From an uncultured virus (IMG/VR IMGVR_UViG_3300032030_002667) (Duplodnaviria > Heunggongvirae > Uroviricota > Caudoviricetes): a stretch of DNA of 20,000 nt. A model generated the notes under the pieces. The model saw only the letters and a list, made by a program, of their open reading frames with translations. It did no database searches and was not told the DNA's origin. How positions within the stretch are numbered: the first letter of the stretch is position 1; every line of letters begins with the position of its first letter. Shown here one piece after another: positions 7,614 through 16,880 of the stretch. The translations under genes were made by a program, and so were the position numbers. The DNA lies in IMG/VR virus record IMGVR_UViG_3300032030_002667. One strand, given 5' to 3'.

Positions 7614-8285
7614 ATGACCCCCATTATTAAAAATCCATTTTCAAAACTTTTGACTGTAAGAGATTTGGCCACAAAATCATACCAATTAAAATCTCAAAAC
7701 AAAAATTTAGTTAAAATACTTATCATTGATGATAATGATTTCGAGTATGAAAATGAGATGAGAGTATGTGGTTTTAATATTAATTGCGTGCGGGACCTTG
7801 AATACTTTAATATGGCTGAACCTTATCATATTATTATCAGTGATATTACAGGAGTAGGGAAAAAACTAAATTGTAAATACGAAGGTGTAGGGTTAATAAA
7901 TGCTTTAAAAAAACAATATCCATATAAGCTTTACGGAGTATATACTGGCAATAAGGTTAGTATTGACATTGCTACAGTGTTAAAAGATGTCAAGATTATC
8001 ACTAAAACCGGATTTGATAAAGACGATTGGGAATCTTTACTTGACGAATTCGTAAAAGAGAATAATGATCCGAAAACATGGTGGCTTAAATTACGAGGGG
8101 CTCTGCTTGATGAGGATATTTCATTATATGAATTAACATTATTAGAACATAAATATGTTAATTATATACTTCATAATAAAACTGATTTCAAAAAATTCCT
8201 TGAAGATAATCTTTCTAATGAATTGAAATCAGTTCTAATAAATATCAATTTTAACTTTAATAATTCAATCTTGTCAATAGCATGA
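7614..8285 (+). CDS. Response-regulator receiver domain protein with unrecognised C-terminal domain
   Basis: KILIIDD acidic pocket, IIISD phospho-Asp, EGVGLI, VYTG and IITK conserved positions; AT-rich. Confidence 0.78.
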   Translation: MTPIIKNPFSKLLTVRDLATKSYQLKSQNKNLVKILIIDDNDFEYENEMRVCGFNINCVRDLEYFNMAEPYHIIISDITGVGKKLNCKYEGVGLINALKKQYPYKLYGVYTGNKVSIDIATVLKDVKIITKTGFDKDDWESLLDEFVKENNDPKTWWLKLRGALLDEDISLYELTLLEHKYVNYILHNKTDFKKFLEDNLSNELKSVLININFNFNNSILSIA

Positions 8286-9412
8286 TAATATCTCCATTTC
8301 CATATAAAGTCATAGGTACAGATGAGATAAAAGATGGGTGTGTATTTAACATACCAAATTTTTGCGCAAAAAGACAGAAGAGTATGGATTGTAAACTTTT
8401 TTACTCCAAATTGAAATCTTCTATCGGAATTCAGAAATGCCCATTTGGATTTTGTGCCGAACGTGTACAATTTGGGGATCAGGATATTTATTTTACATGT
8501 CTTAATATTGAAAAACATAGCAAAAAGAAAGATGCACTTCGACGAATAAAAAATACTGATTTTAATCCTCGTATTTCACTTTCTAAATACGAACAGTTAA
8601 AATCATTGTTTAAGGAATCTTTGACTAGTAATTGTAATGTGCCAGTTGAATTTAATGAGGCAAAACAATCTGCTCTCTTACAAAATGAACGTGAAGCATT
8701 AGATAACGCAATACATGAGATTAACAACTTGACTAATCAATTAATCAGCAGAGCTGATAAGTTATCTGATGAAGTATCTGGGAATTTTGATAGAGAACAA
8801 ATCGAAGTTTTATCGAAAAACATCTATGCATTATCTAATCTTTTATCAATAAGGCTTGGTTCTTATAATCTTGAAGTTGATCCTTCCATTATCAAACAAA
8901 CAACGGAAATAGATATTGCAATTTTTAAGAAAATAGAAAAAGCATATAAATGCTTACAAGACAGTATAAATAAGAATAAAATTCAAGTTAACCTAAAAGG
9001 GAATAGTTATAACAAATACAAATCTGGTTCCATGCTTGAAATAGCATTCTTTATTATTTTGGAAAATGCAGTAAAATATTCTCCTAGGGGAGAAACTGTT
9101 GATGTTAATTTTTCAGAGATTGATGATTCATTAACTGTTACTTTTATTAATTGGGGGCCTAAACCCAGTGATGACGAAATAAAAAAATTGAATATGCGAG
9201 GATATAGGAGTAGAAATGTTCAAAATCAAACTGACATTCAGGGAAGAGGCATCGGTTTGTTTTTGGTACAACAAATATGTGATGCATACAATATCCAATT
9301 TCAATATTCAATCGAAAAAACATATAAAAAATTTAATGGAATTATATATGCTCCATTTTCTATTAAACTCATGTTTAAAAACATGATAGTTAATGGTTCA
9401 CAAATAAATTAG
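8282..9412 (+). CDS. Soluble sensor histidine kinase with Cys-rich (PocR-like) N-terminus
   Basis: H box AIHEINN, N box ILENAVKYS, G1-like NWG, G2 GRGIGLFLV; no TM helix; ATGA overlap with the receiver gene. Confidence 0.85.
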   Translation: MIISPFPYKVIGTDEIKDGCVFNIPNFCAKRQKSMDCKLFYSKLKSSIGIQKCPFGFCAERVQFGDQDIYFTCLNIEKHSKKKDALRRIKNTDFNPRISLSKYEQLKSLFKESLTSNCNVPVEFNEAKQSALLQNEREALDNAIHEINNLTNQLISRADKLSDEVSGNFDREQIEVLSKNIYALSNLLSIRLGSYNLEVDPSIIKQTTEIDIAIFKKIEKAYKCLQDSINKNKIQVNLKGNSYNKYKSGSMLEIAFFIILENAVKYSPRGETVDVNFSEIDDSLTVTFINWGPKPSDDEIKKLNMRGYRSRNVQNQTDIQGRGIGLFLVQQICDAYNIQFQYSIEKTYKKFNGIIYAPFSIKLMFKNMIVNGSQIN

Positions 9413-9526
9413 TTTTTCCTTCATTTTACCGATTCTATTCACTCTGACTAACGATATTATTGTTATCCAGATAATTCATGAAAGGGTTAATAGAATTATT
9501 AATTAAATCCGTATATACAAGTCATA

Positions 9527-9553
9527 TGGCGTTCTGATAAGAACGCTATTTTT
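9527..9553 (+). terminator. Intrinsic terminator after the kinase
   Basis: TGGCGTTCT-GATA-AGAACGCTA followed by TTTTT. Confidence 0.75.
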
Positions 9554-9554
9554 G

Positions 9555-9590
9555 TGTCTTTTCTAGTTTGATAATTCAGTTGTTTATTTG
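9555..9590 (+). promoter_or_regulatory. Element promoter, copy 3 (TGTCTTT-N21-TTTATTTG)
   Basis: TGTCTTTT at 9555, with a one-mismatch -7 box at 9583-9590 at the same spacing as copies 1 and 2. Confidence 0.62.
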
Positions 9591-9617
9591 TGCTGAATTA
9601 TCAAATTAAACGCAAAA

Positions 9618-12600
9618 ATGAGTGATTTGACATCTAAGGCAACCGTCGAGTTGCTTATTAACGGACAACAGGCACAGCAAACACTGGCACAGCTGCGGCA
9701 TAACGCGCTCCAGTTAGAGACCGCTATTGCTAAGGCTGCGGCTACTGGCAACAAGAGCGACCTGAAGCGGCTGCGTAAGGAATTGGCTGATACCAAGAGG
9801 CAAATAAGGGAGATGGAGTCTGCTACACAACAGGTGGAGCAGACTCTGCGTAATCTTGATAAGGCTACGCCGCGTGAGTTGAACAAGACCCTCCAGACAC
9901 TGACACGGCAATTGGAGTACATTGAACGTGGCTCTGATGCTTGGAAGGCCCATGTAGAAAAGATTAAGCTAGTAAAGGCGGAGCTGCGACAGATGAATGC
10001 GCAGCTTCGAGACGGGGAAGGCTTCTTTGACCGCATGAACAGAAAGCTCAATGAATGGCAGACTTCTCTAATGGCTGGCATCGCTGCGCTCTCTGGGCTG
10101 GTGCTTGCCGGGCGCAATGCGGTGAAGGCTTTTGCCGAGATGGAGGAGGAACTTGCCAACACCCGAAAATATACGGGGATGACTGAGGAGAAGGTGCTTG
10201 AACTCAATGAGGCATTCAAGAAGATGGACACGCGTACTTCCCGTGAACAACTTAATGAGCTGGCACAGGAAGCGGGACGACTGGGTAAGAACACGCTCGA
10301 AGATGTGAAGGGATATGTGGAGGCTGCGGACATCATCAATGTGGCGCTGGTTGACCTCGGTGATGGTGCCACTCAGACGATTGCCAAGCTGACGGACATC
10401 TTCGGGGTGTCGGAGCTGATGGGGACACGCGATGCAATGCTGGCCGTAGGTTCTACAGTGAATGTGCTGTCACAGAACTGTACGGCATCAAAGCCTTATC
10501 TTGTGCAGTTCGCTCAGCGTATGGCTGGTGTAGGTGCTCAGGCTGACCTTACGATTCCCCAACTGCTTGCCTTCGGCGCTACGCTGGATGCCAATGGTCA
10601 GAAGGTGGAGATGTCGGCTTCTGCGCTCGGTAAGCTTACCATGAATCTCTTCCAGAAGCCCCGGGAGATTGCAAAGCAGGTTGGGCTGGATGTGGAGCTA
10701 TTCACGGAAACACTCAAAAAGAGCACCTACGAAGGCTTGATGATGTTCTTGCAGCGCATTCACGACCTGGGTTCTGCTGACGGCCTCGCTGTCCTGGCGC
10801 CTATGTTCAAGGACCTTGGCTTGGATGGTGTCCGTATGTCGCAGGTGCTCTCTACGCTTGCCGAACACCTGGACATGGTAAAGTGGGAAACACAGGAGGC
10901 TAACAAGGCGTTCAAGGAGGCGACATCGGCCACGAATGAGTACCAAATCTTCAACAATACGGTGCAGGCTGATCTTGACAAGGCACGGAAGCGCATCAAA
11001 GAACTTGCTATTGAGCTGGGCGAGAAGCTGCTGCCTGTCATGCGTCATGTCTATACTTCTACGTCATTGACGCTTAGGTTCCTCAGTACGACGGTGTCGT
11101 TCATATCGGAACACAGGGTGGCACTTATCTCGCTTACGGCTGCTATTGTAGCCTACAATGTGGCTGTCAATCTGAGCACTATCAGGTTGAAAGCGCATAA
11201 TGCCTGGGTAGCCATTACAACTGCTGCTTCTAAGGCTTACGCTGTGGTGGTGACACATCTCAAAACGGCTCACCTTGCTTTGCAGGTGGCGATGGCAAGA
11301 TTGAGTGGTAATTGGGCCCGGGAGAATCTGCTGATGGGTGAGCTGAAGAAGAATGGGGCTGCACTTACTAATGTGTATGCGCTCCTTGCTGCCGCTGTCA
11401 TTGCGGCTGGTGTGGCTATTGTGGCTTCACTCAACAGGCAGAGCAAAGCGCAGAAGCTGCTTGCTGACATTGAGAAGGAGGCTCGCAGTAATACGGCTGA
11501 GGATGTCAAGCGCATTGAAATCCTCAAGACTGTCATCGAGGATGAGACGGCCAGCATACACAGCAGGCGAAAGGCTATCGAGGAGCTTCAGAGCATTATC
11601 CCTGACTATCATGCAAGTCTGTCTGAGGAGGGCAAACTGATAGGTCATAATGCGGAAGTCCTGTCTATCTATGTGGAGCAGCTGAAGAACAAAGCGAAGA
11701 TTGATGCGGCACTGGCTAAATTGCCCGAGGCAGAAGAGAAACTTCGGAAGGTGGAAAAAGAGGCCCCGGACAATCTGAAGGATGCGCTCGTCTATGAAAA
11801 AGCAGAAGGAATGTCCGAAGATGAAGCTGCAGGCAAGGCAAATGCTTCGCCTACGGCTTATCGTGTCTTCAAGAAACGTCTTGAAGAAGCCGATGCTGAG
11901 GTACGGCAGCTTAACGGCATCATTGACTCGCTTTCTGCCAAGAATCAGGAGCTGTCTGACAAAGCTCATAATATGACTGCAGGGAATGGTACTTCTGGTG
12001 GTGATGGCTCAGGCTCTGGTGGTGGAGGTGAAAGCGATGATGGGGGCAAGAGTGCCAAAGACAAGTTCGCTGCTGAAGCTGAATGGAAACAAAGGGAAGA
12101 GGCGCTGAATCGTATCTCCTATGCCAAGGGGGAAAAGAATTTCCTTGACTATACCAAGCGGATGCAGGAGATTGAGGTGGAGTTCAACAAGCAGAAGCTG
12201 GAGCATACGGACCTGACTGAGAACGAACGCCTTTCCATTGAGGCTGCATACTATGAGGCGCTGAAGAAACAGTCGGAGCAGGCTGTCAAGACTACTGTCG
12301 AGGAAGAGGAAGCTCTCTATAATGAGGTGATGGCTGTGCAGAAGCAGCGATACATCGATGGGAACATTTCATACACTGTCTATGAGGAAACCATAGAGCA
12401 GCTGGAGATTAGGCATCTGAATACGATGGTTTCTCTCTATGAGAAAGGTTCCAAGGAGCAGCTTCAGGCGCAGCGTTCTCTGCAGGACAAGCTTCTTGCC
12501 AATCAGCGCAAGCATCAGAAGGAATATGAGGAGGCTGAGAAGCGGCATCAGGATGCGCTGGCCAAGATGAAGGAGAAGTACTTCGGGGACAATCCTGCGG

Positions 12601-13688
12601 AGCGTCGCGCGAAGTATGATGCTGACCTGCTTCTCCTGCGGGAGGTCTATCACAAGGAGGTGCTGGCTGCTGGGGACAATGCCAAGGAGAAGCTGCGCAT
12701 CGAAAAGGCGTTCCAGAAGGCTCGTATTGCGCTCATGGAACATTACAACATCGAGGGGGCAGAGCAGAACAAGAACTTCCTCCAAGATTGGAATGATGAT
12801 ATGATGTCCTTCCTGCAGTCGGACTTCGGGCAGGCTGTATCGGGTACGCTCGATACGCTTGTATCGGGCATGAGCAGCATCTTCCAGCAACTGACTACCA
12901 TCGTGCAGGCTGAACTGCAGATACAAACTGCCGGCATCGAGAAGAAGTATGACCGGGAGATTTCGCTTGCCGAAGGGAATAACTACAAGGTCAAGAAGCT
13001 GGAGAAGCAGAAAGAGAAGGAAATTGCCAAAGCCAAGAACGAGGCTAACAAAAAAATGTTTGCCATGCAGGTCATTCAGGCTGTGGCTCAGACGGCCACG
13101 AATGCCATCAATGCCTATGGCTCGGCTGCGGCAATTCCTGTAGTGGGCTTTGTGATGGCGCCTATAGCGGCTGCTATGGCAATAGCTGCTGGTATGATAC
13201 AGATTGCTGCCATCAAGAAGCAACAGCAGGCTTCGGAAGCTCAGGGCTACATGGCCGGAGGCTTCACAAAAGAAGGCAGGAAAGACGAAGTGGCTGGCAT
13301 TGTCCACGCTGGGGAATGGGTTGCTTCGCAGGAACTGGTGAAGAGTCCTGTGGCAAGGCCATTACTCGAAGCTTTGGACTATGCGCAGAAGACAAATACT
13401 GTCGGAAGGCTTAATGCTAATGATGTGTCGCGTACGATTACGGCTCCGCATGTATTGGCAGATTCTGCTGTACGCTCTCAGAACGTGCCGCAGCAGGTGA
13501 TTGTGCAGAATGCGCCTGCCAATACCGAGGACAATGGATTGGCTGAGACGATACGCCTTCTTCGGGACAGACTGGATGAGCCGTTCCTGACTGTCAACTC
13601 CGTAACAGGAGAGACAGGCATGAAGCAGGCACAGGATGAATATGACAAACTGATTCGTAACAAAACTCCTAAATCTCGTCGCGCATGA
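9618..13688 (+). CDS. Phage tail tape measure protein (TP901-type core)
   Basis: 1356-aa Ala/Leu/Glu/Lys-rich helical protein. EEELANTRKYTGMT core region, central hydrophobic Ala-rich segment, C-terminal GGFT..AGIVHAGEWV motif. Confidence 0.92.
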   Translation: MSDLTSKATVELLINGQQAQQTLAQLRHNALQLETAIAKAAATGNKSDLKRLRKELADTKRQIREMESATQQVEQTLRNLDKATPRELNKTLQTLTRQLEYIERGSDAWKAHVEKIKLVKAELRQMNAQLRDGEGFFDRMNRKLNEWQTSLMAGIAALSGLVLAGRNAVKAFAEMEEELANTRKYTGMTEEKVLELNEAFKKMDTRTSREQLNELAQEAGRLGKNTLEDVKGYVEAADIINVALVDLGDGATQTIAKLTDIFGVSELMGTRDAMLAVGSTVNVLSQNCTASKPYLVQFAQRMAGVGAQADLTIPQLLAFGATLDANGQKVEMSASALGKLTMNLFQKPREIAKQVGLDVELFTETLKKSTYEGLMMFLQRIHDLGSADGLAVLAPMFKDLGLDGVRMSQVLSTLAEHLDMVKWETQEANKAFKEATSATNEYQIFNNTVQADLDKARKRIKELAIELGEKLLPVMRHVYTSTSLTLRFLSTTVSFISEHRVALISLTAAIVAYNVAVNLSTIRLKAHNAWVAITTAASKAYAVVVTHLKTAHLALQVAMARLSGNWARENLLMGELKKNGAALTNVYALLAAAVIAAGVAIVASLNRQSKAQKLLADIEKEARSNTAEDVKRIEILKTVIEDETASIHSRRKAIEELQSIIPDYHASLSEEGKLIGHNAEVLSIYVEQLKNKAKIDAALAKLPEAEEKLRKVEKEAPDNLKDALVYEKAEGMSEDEAAGKANASPTAYRVFKKRLEEADAEVRQLNGIIDSLSAKNQELSDKAHNMTAGNGTSGGDGSGSGGGGESDDGGKSAKDKFAAEAEWKQREEALNRISYAKGEKNFLDYTKRMQEIEVEFNKQKLEHTDLTENERLSIEAAYYEALKKQSEQAVKTTVEEEEALYNEVMAVQKQRYIDGNISYTVYEETIEQLEIRHLNTMVSLYEKGSKEQLQAQRSLQDKLLANQRKHQKEYEEAEKRHQDALAKMKEKYFGDNPAERRAKYDADLLLLREVYHKEVLAAGDNAKEKLRIEKAFQKARIALMEHYNIEGAEQNKNFLQDWNDDMMSFLQSDFGQAVSGTLDTLVSGMSSIFQQLTTIVQAELQIQTAGIEKKYDREISLAEGNNYKVKKLEKQKEKEIAKAKNEANKKMFAMQVIQAVAQTATNAINAYGSAAAIPVVGFVMAPIAAAMAIAAGMIQIAAIKKQQQASEAQGYMAGGFTKEGRKDEVAGIVHAGEWVASQELVKSPVARPLLEALDYAQKTNTVGRLNANDVSRTITAPHVLADSAVRSQNVPQQVIVQNAPANTEDNGLAETIRLLRDRLDEPFLTVNSVTGETGMKQAQDEYDKLIRNKTPKSRRA

Positions 13689-15460
13689 TTATATTGATTA
13701 ATAAACAGAGGGCTGTCCTGAAGAAGGGCACTTCTTTTGATTTCATCTCCGAGAACCACTACTTCACGGGGGCTGACAGTTATACGCTCTCCATTACGTT
13801 TCCTATCAAGGGATGTGCTGAGAACATCGCTATCTTCGGGCATATCTACCGAAAGGACTTCAACTTCGACACGGAGCTGCTGGACTGTGAGATACATGAC
13901 CAGGACTTCCACAAGTACGGCTCTGTGTCCATCGTGTCTGTATCTGACTCTGAGGTGAAGACGCAGTTCCTGGAAGGACGCTCTGCATCTAACTATCACT
14001 CTTCCCTTGATGAAATCTATATCAATGAGCTGACGATGCCGTCTCTGCATGATCAGGCGCATTGGCAGGCTTCACATTACTTGCGGCCCTATGCCGAGCA
14101 GATGCGGGATGGCAATTACCTCGGCTATGTCTGCCCGCCGTGGGTGAACAACACTTCCGGTAACATTCAGAATCCGATGGGGGCGTATGGCTCCATCTAT
14201 TACTATCAGGGTGGAGATCCTTCTTATGACCCGCCAATCGTTGGCTTCCCGTTCCTTATTGAGGTGATTAAGCAGGTGCTTTCGCGCTCTGGCTATCACT
14301 ATGACCTTTCTGCCATCGAGAACTCGGGTTTCTCTAACCTTATCATCTGTCAGGCTTTTCCCTATGTGTGGCACATGCCTTACATGAATCAGATCCTGCC
14401 GCATTGGACGGTGAGCGAGTTCCTGGAGCAGCTGGAGCTATTCCTGAACGGCACCTTCGAGATTGACCACAAGGCGCGTGAGGTGTCGTTCTCGTTCAAT
14501 GCGGGTTCTCTTGCTGGGATGAATATAGTGCAGATTGACGAGGTCCTTGACAGTCACTCGGTGGAGATTGCCAAGGAGGAGGATATCAAGGACAGCTATG
14601 TGGAGCAGAAGAACATCGCTTATCAGGACTGCGAACATCACATGTGGAAATTCTATTCTTGCGATTGGGCTACGTCATGTCTTCCGATGCAGGTTTACGC
14701 CAATTATGCTGCTATGAAGAGTCAGCTCAATAGTCTGCTTGTCTGTGCAGGGCCTCTGAATGCATGGCAGTATCGATACATCCACTATTGCAGGGAGGAA
14801 GATACGCACTTCGTGCTGAAGTGTGACCATACTGAGACTGTTGGGGATGTCATTCATCACTATATGCACATCCAGCCTGTCAATATGTTCAGGCCACGCA
14901 TCTTCAACGGCAATGACAATGCTGATGTGGTGGAGCTGGGCATCGTGCCGGCTTGTATTGACTTTACAGACGAAGTAAATGGCAGTATGCTATTTGTTGA
15001 CTGCGGCACGCTGGGGGATGACGTGGAGGATGCGGAAGACAGGGATGAGAACCAGACGCAGGCTGTCAATACGCTTGCCATCGGAGAACAGGAGAAGAAG
15101 GAGGAGTACTTCGACAAGATTCATGTGGGCTTCTGGGATGGTACTTACATCAAGTATCATCCACAAATGCCACACCCGTATGTGGACAGGCATGAAGTGA
15201 GGCCTGACAATACTTATACTTACAATATGTATTCCATGCGGCTTGCTGGCAAGGAAATGGCTACCACAAGGACTACGCATTTCTTCGTGAATCAGCAGCG
15301 GAAGTTCACGTTCTCGTTCCTCGCTGATACTGTACCCGATGTGCATAGCATCTTCCTCATTCACGGCAAGAAGTACCTGGCTGAGAAGATAGCAGCGACC
15401 TTCTCTGCCGAAACAGGAAGGTCGCGTGTGTTGAAGCTTGTCTGCTATCAGATGTTCTAG
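13685..15460 (+). CDS. Probable phage tail tip/baseplate hub protein
   Basis: 591 aa, ATGA-coupled to the tape measure gene; N-terminal ENHYF..SYTLSITFP motif typical of post-TMP tail proteins. Confidence 0.65.
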   Translation: MIILINKQRAVLKKGTSFDFISENHYFTGADSYTLSITFPIKGCAENIAIFGHIYRKDFNFDTELLDCEIHDQDFHKYGSVSIVSVSDSEVKTQFLEGRSASNYHSSLDEIYINELTMPSLHDQAHWQASHYLRPYAEQMRDGNYLGYVCPPWVNNTSGNIQNPMGAYGSIYYYQGGDPSYDPPIVGFPFLIEVIKQVLSRSGYHYDLSAIENSGFSNLIICQAFPYVWHMPYMNQILPHWTVSEFLEQLELFLNGTFEIDHKAREVSFSFNAGSLAGMNIVQIDEVLDSHSVEIAKEEDIKDSYVEQKNIAYQDCEHHMWKFYSCDWATSCLPMQVYANYAAMKSQLNSLLVCAGPLNAWQYRYIHYCREEDTHFVLKCDHTETVGDVIHHYMHIQPVNMFRPRIFNGNDNADVVELGIVPACIDFTDEVNGSMLFVDCGTLGDDVEDAEDRDENQTQAVNTLAIGEQEKKEEYFDKIHVGFWDGTYIKYHPQMPHPYVDRHEVRPDNTYTYNMYSMRLAGKEMATTRTTHFFVNQQRKFTFSFLADTVPDVHSIFLIHGKKYLAEKIAATFSAETGRSRVLKLVCYQMF

Positions 15461-16587
15461 AGTATGGATGAAGCCAGAACTTCAGAATGTCGTTGAACTG
15501 TGGTCTTCAGAATCTTACAATAAATTTGAGTCGTTTTTATGTCACTATGGCCTAACATCCGTGAAATGTCCTCTATTGGCACGTCATGGGCTAAGGCCAA
15601 TGTGGCAAAGCTGTGACGAGCCAAATGGAAGGTCAGACTCTTCTTGAATCCGCATTGCACCTCAATGACATGAAGATAGTCATTCGCCTTCTGATTCGTT
15701 ATCTTCGGCAATTTGAAATCGTATTTCTTCAAGACATCCATGGCTGGTTTCAAAATGGGTGTATAAAACTCTGTTCCTGTCTTTAAGCGTTCACTGTCTA
15801 TGTAGTACAGACGTCCAATTTTGTGTGTCATTTTCTTAAAGTCAAAGCGTTGTACATCTGCATAAGCCATACCAGTATAGGCTGCAAAGATAAATAAGTC
15901 ACGCACGCGGTCTAACTTGTCTATTAACTGTACCTTGCGCATTTTCAGTAATTCCTGTTCTGTTAGCGGAGTCCTTGGCTTGCTATGCCCACGAGAAATC
16001 TTGCAATACTCATAAGGGTCATGTTCTATAATTTCATTGAGCTTCAGAATGCGAGTGTACTTCTTGATGCGCTTGTGATAGTTCCATATAGTTACTTCTG
16101 TACGCTCTCCTGTGTCGTGGAGCCAACGGTCAAAGGCTCGGATATTGGCAGGAGTGAGGTCAGCTATTGTCTTGATCTTACCATAGGACACTAAGGTATC
16201 AAGAACAAGTTTTTTGTGACGCAATGTGCCTTCCCGCAATTTCTCGCGTTTGATTTCACTACGCATGAATTCAATAAAATCTCGTTCAAGGGGAGTTTCT
16301 TTAACTTTTTTACACTTCTCTTCTTCAATATAGGCATTGAAATTTTCGATAGTCAAATCCTCACCAAGAATCCTCATGGCACGGACAATTTCCTCATAGT
16401 GCTCTAGCTGAAGTTCAAGTTCTCTGCTGTGCTGATAGGTTTTCCAACCTGCTTTTGTAGTTGAGCCGACAACAATGTACTTACGAACATTCCTATCAAG
16501 GTAAACCCTAATCTCAACTTTGCCACGTCCTTTCTTTGCCGCGACACCCTTCCTGTCAAAAATGACTGATACGTTTTTTTGCTGCAT
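15457..16587 (-). CDS. Tyrosine recombinase / phage integrase (Bacteroidetes type, arm-binding + SAM + catalytic domains)
   Basis: RDLFIFAAYTGMAYAD, RLKT, TFHLARHSFAT, MLGHSDIKTTQIY; adjacent to a tRNA 3' end. Confidence 0.95.
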   Translation of the reverse strand: MQQKNVSVIFDRKGVAAKKGRGKVEIRVYLDRNVRKYIVVGSTTKAGWKTYQHSRELELQLEHYEEIVRAMRILGEDLTIENFNAYIEEEKCKKVKETPLERDFIEFMRSEIKREKLREGTLRHKKLVLDTLVSYGKIKTIADLTPANIRAFDRWLHDTGERTEVTIWNYHKRIKKYTRILKLNEIIEHDPYEYCKISRGHSKPRTPLTEQELLKMRKVQLIDKLDRVRDLFIFAAYTGMAYADVQRFDFKKMTHKIGRLYYIDSERLKTGTEFYTPILKPAMDVLKKYDFKLPKITNQKANDYLHVIEVQCGFKKSLTFHLARHSFATLALAHDVPIEDISRMLGHSDIKTTQIYCKILKTTVQRHSEVLASSIL

Positions 16588-16640
16588 TTTTTGCGTTTTT
16601 TAGGCATCCTAAGTTACACATTGTCAACGGAATAAATGCG

Positions 16641-16710
16641 TTTTGTGTACATTTTGTGTACACAACTTGTGTACATCGCCGATGAATGTACACAAAATGA
16701 TGTACACAAA
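16641..16710. repeat. Cluster of TGTACACAA/TTGTGTACA direct and inverted repeats; likely integrase arm-type sites
   Basis: TTGTGTACA at 16643, 16654 and 16667; TGTACACAA at 16657, 16687 and 16701; located between the integrase start and the tRNA. Confidence 0.7.
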
Positions 16711-16838
16711 TGTCGTTTTCTGTCCTTTTCCGTCTTTCTGTGTCGCTCTTGATGCGAGTTAAACATTTACCTCGTCTAACCCTCACAAATCACTGAAAAT
16801 GCGATATTTATATATGAATATCAGGCCTTTATAAACAC

Positions 16839-16866
16839 AAAAAGAGAGCTCTTTTAAGAACTCTCT
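16839..16866 (-). terminator. Terminator downstream of tRNA-Thr
   Basis: Minus strand AGAGAGTTCT-TAAA-AGAGCTCTCT followed by a T run. Confidence 0.75.
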
Positions 16867-16880
16867 AATTGCGTTTTCTG

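Noticed and set aside
11980..12050. Gly/Ser-rich low-complexity stretch in the tape measure gene
   Set aside because: Flexible linkers of this kind are common in tape measure proteins.
9584..13307. Long antisense ORFs (262, 180 and 312 aa) opposite the tape measure gene
   Set aside because: Shadow ORFs of a long biased coding strand, without protein-like features. The same applies to 3763-4452 and 6169-6792.
15457..16587. Integrase possibly inactive because the first catalytic Arg is replaced (TGMAYAD)
   Set aside because: Substitution at this position is known in active Bacteroidetes integrases such as IntDOT; K, HxxR, H and Y are intact.
16641..16710. CRISPR-like repeat array
   Set aside because: Units are 9 bp in mixed orientation with very short gaps, and there are no cas genes.
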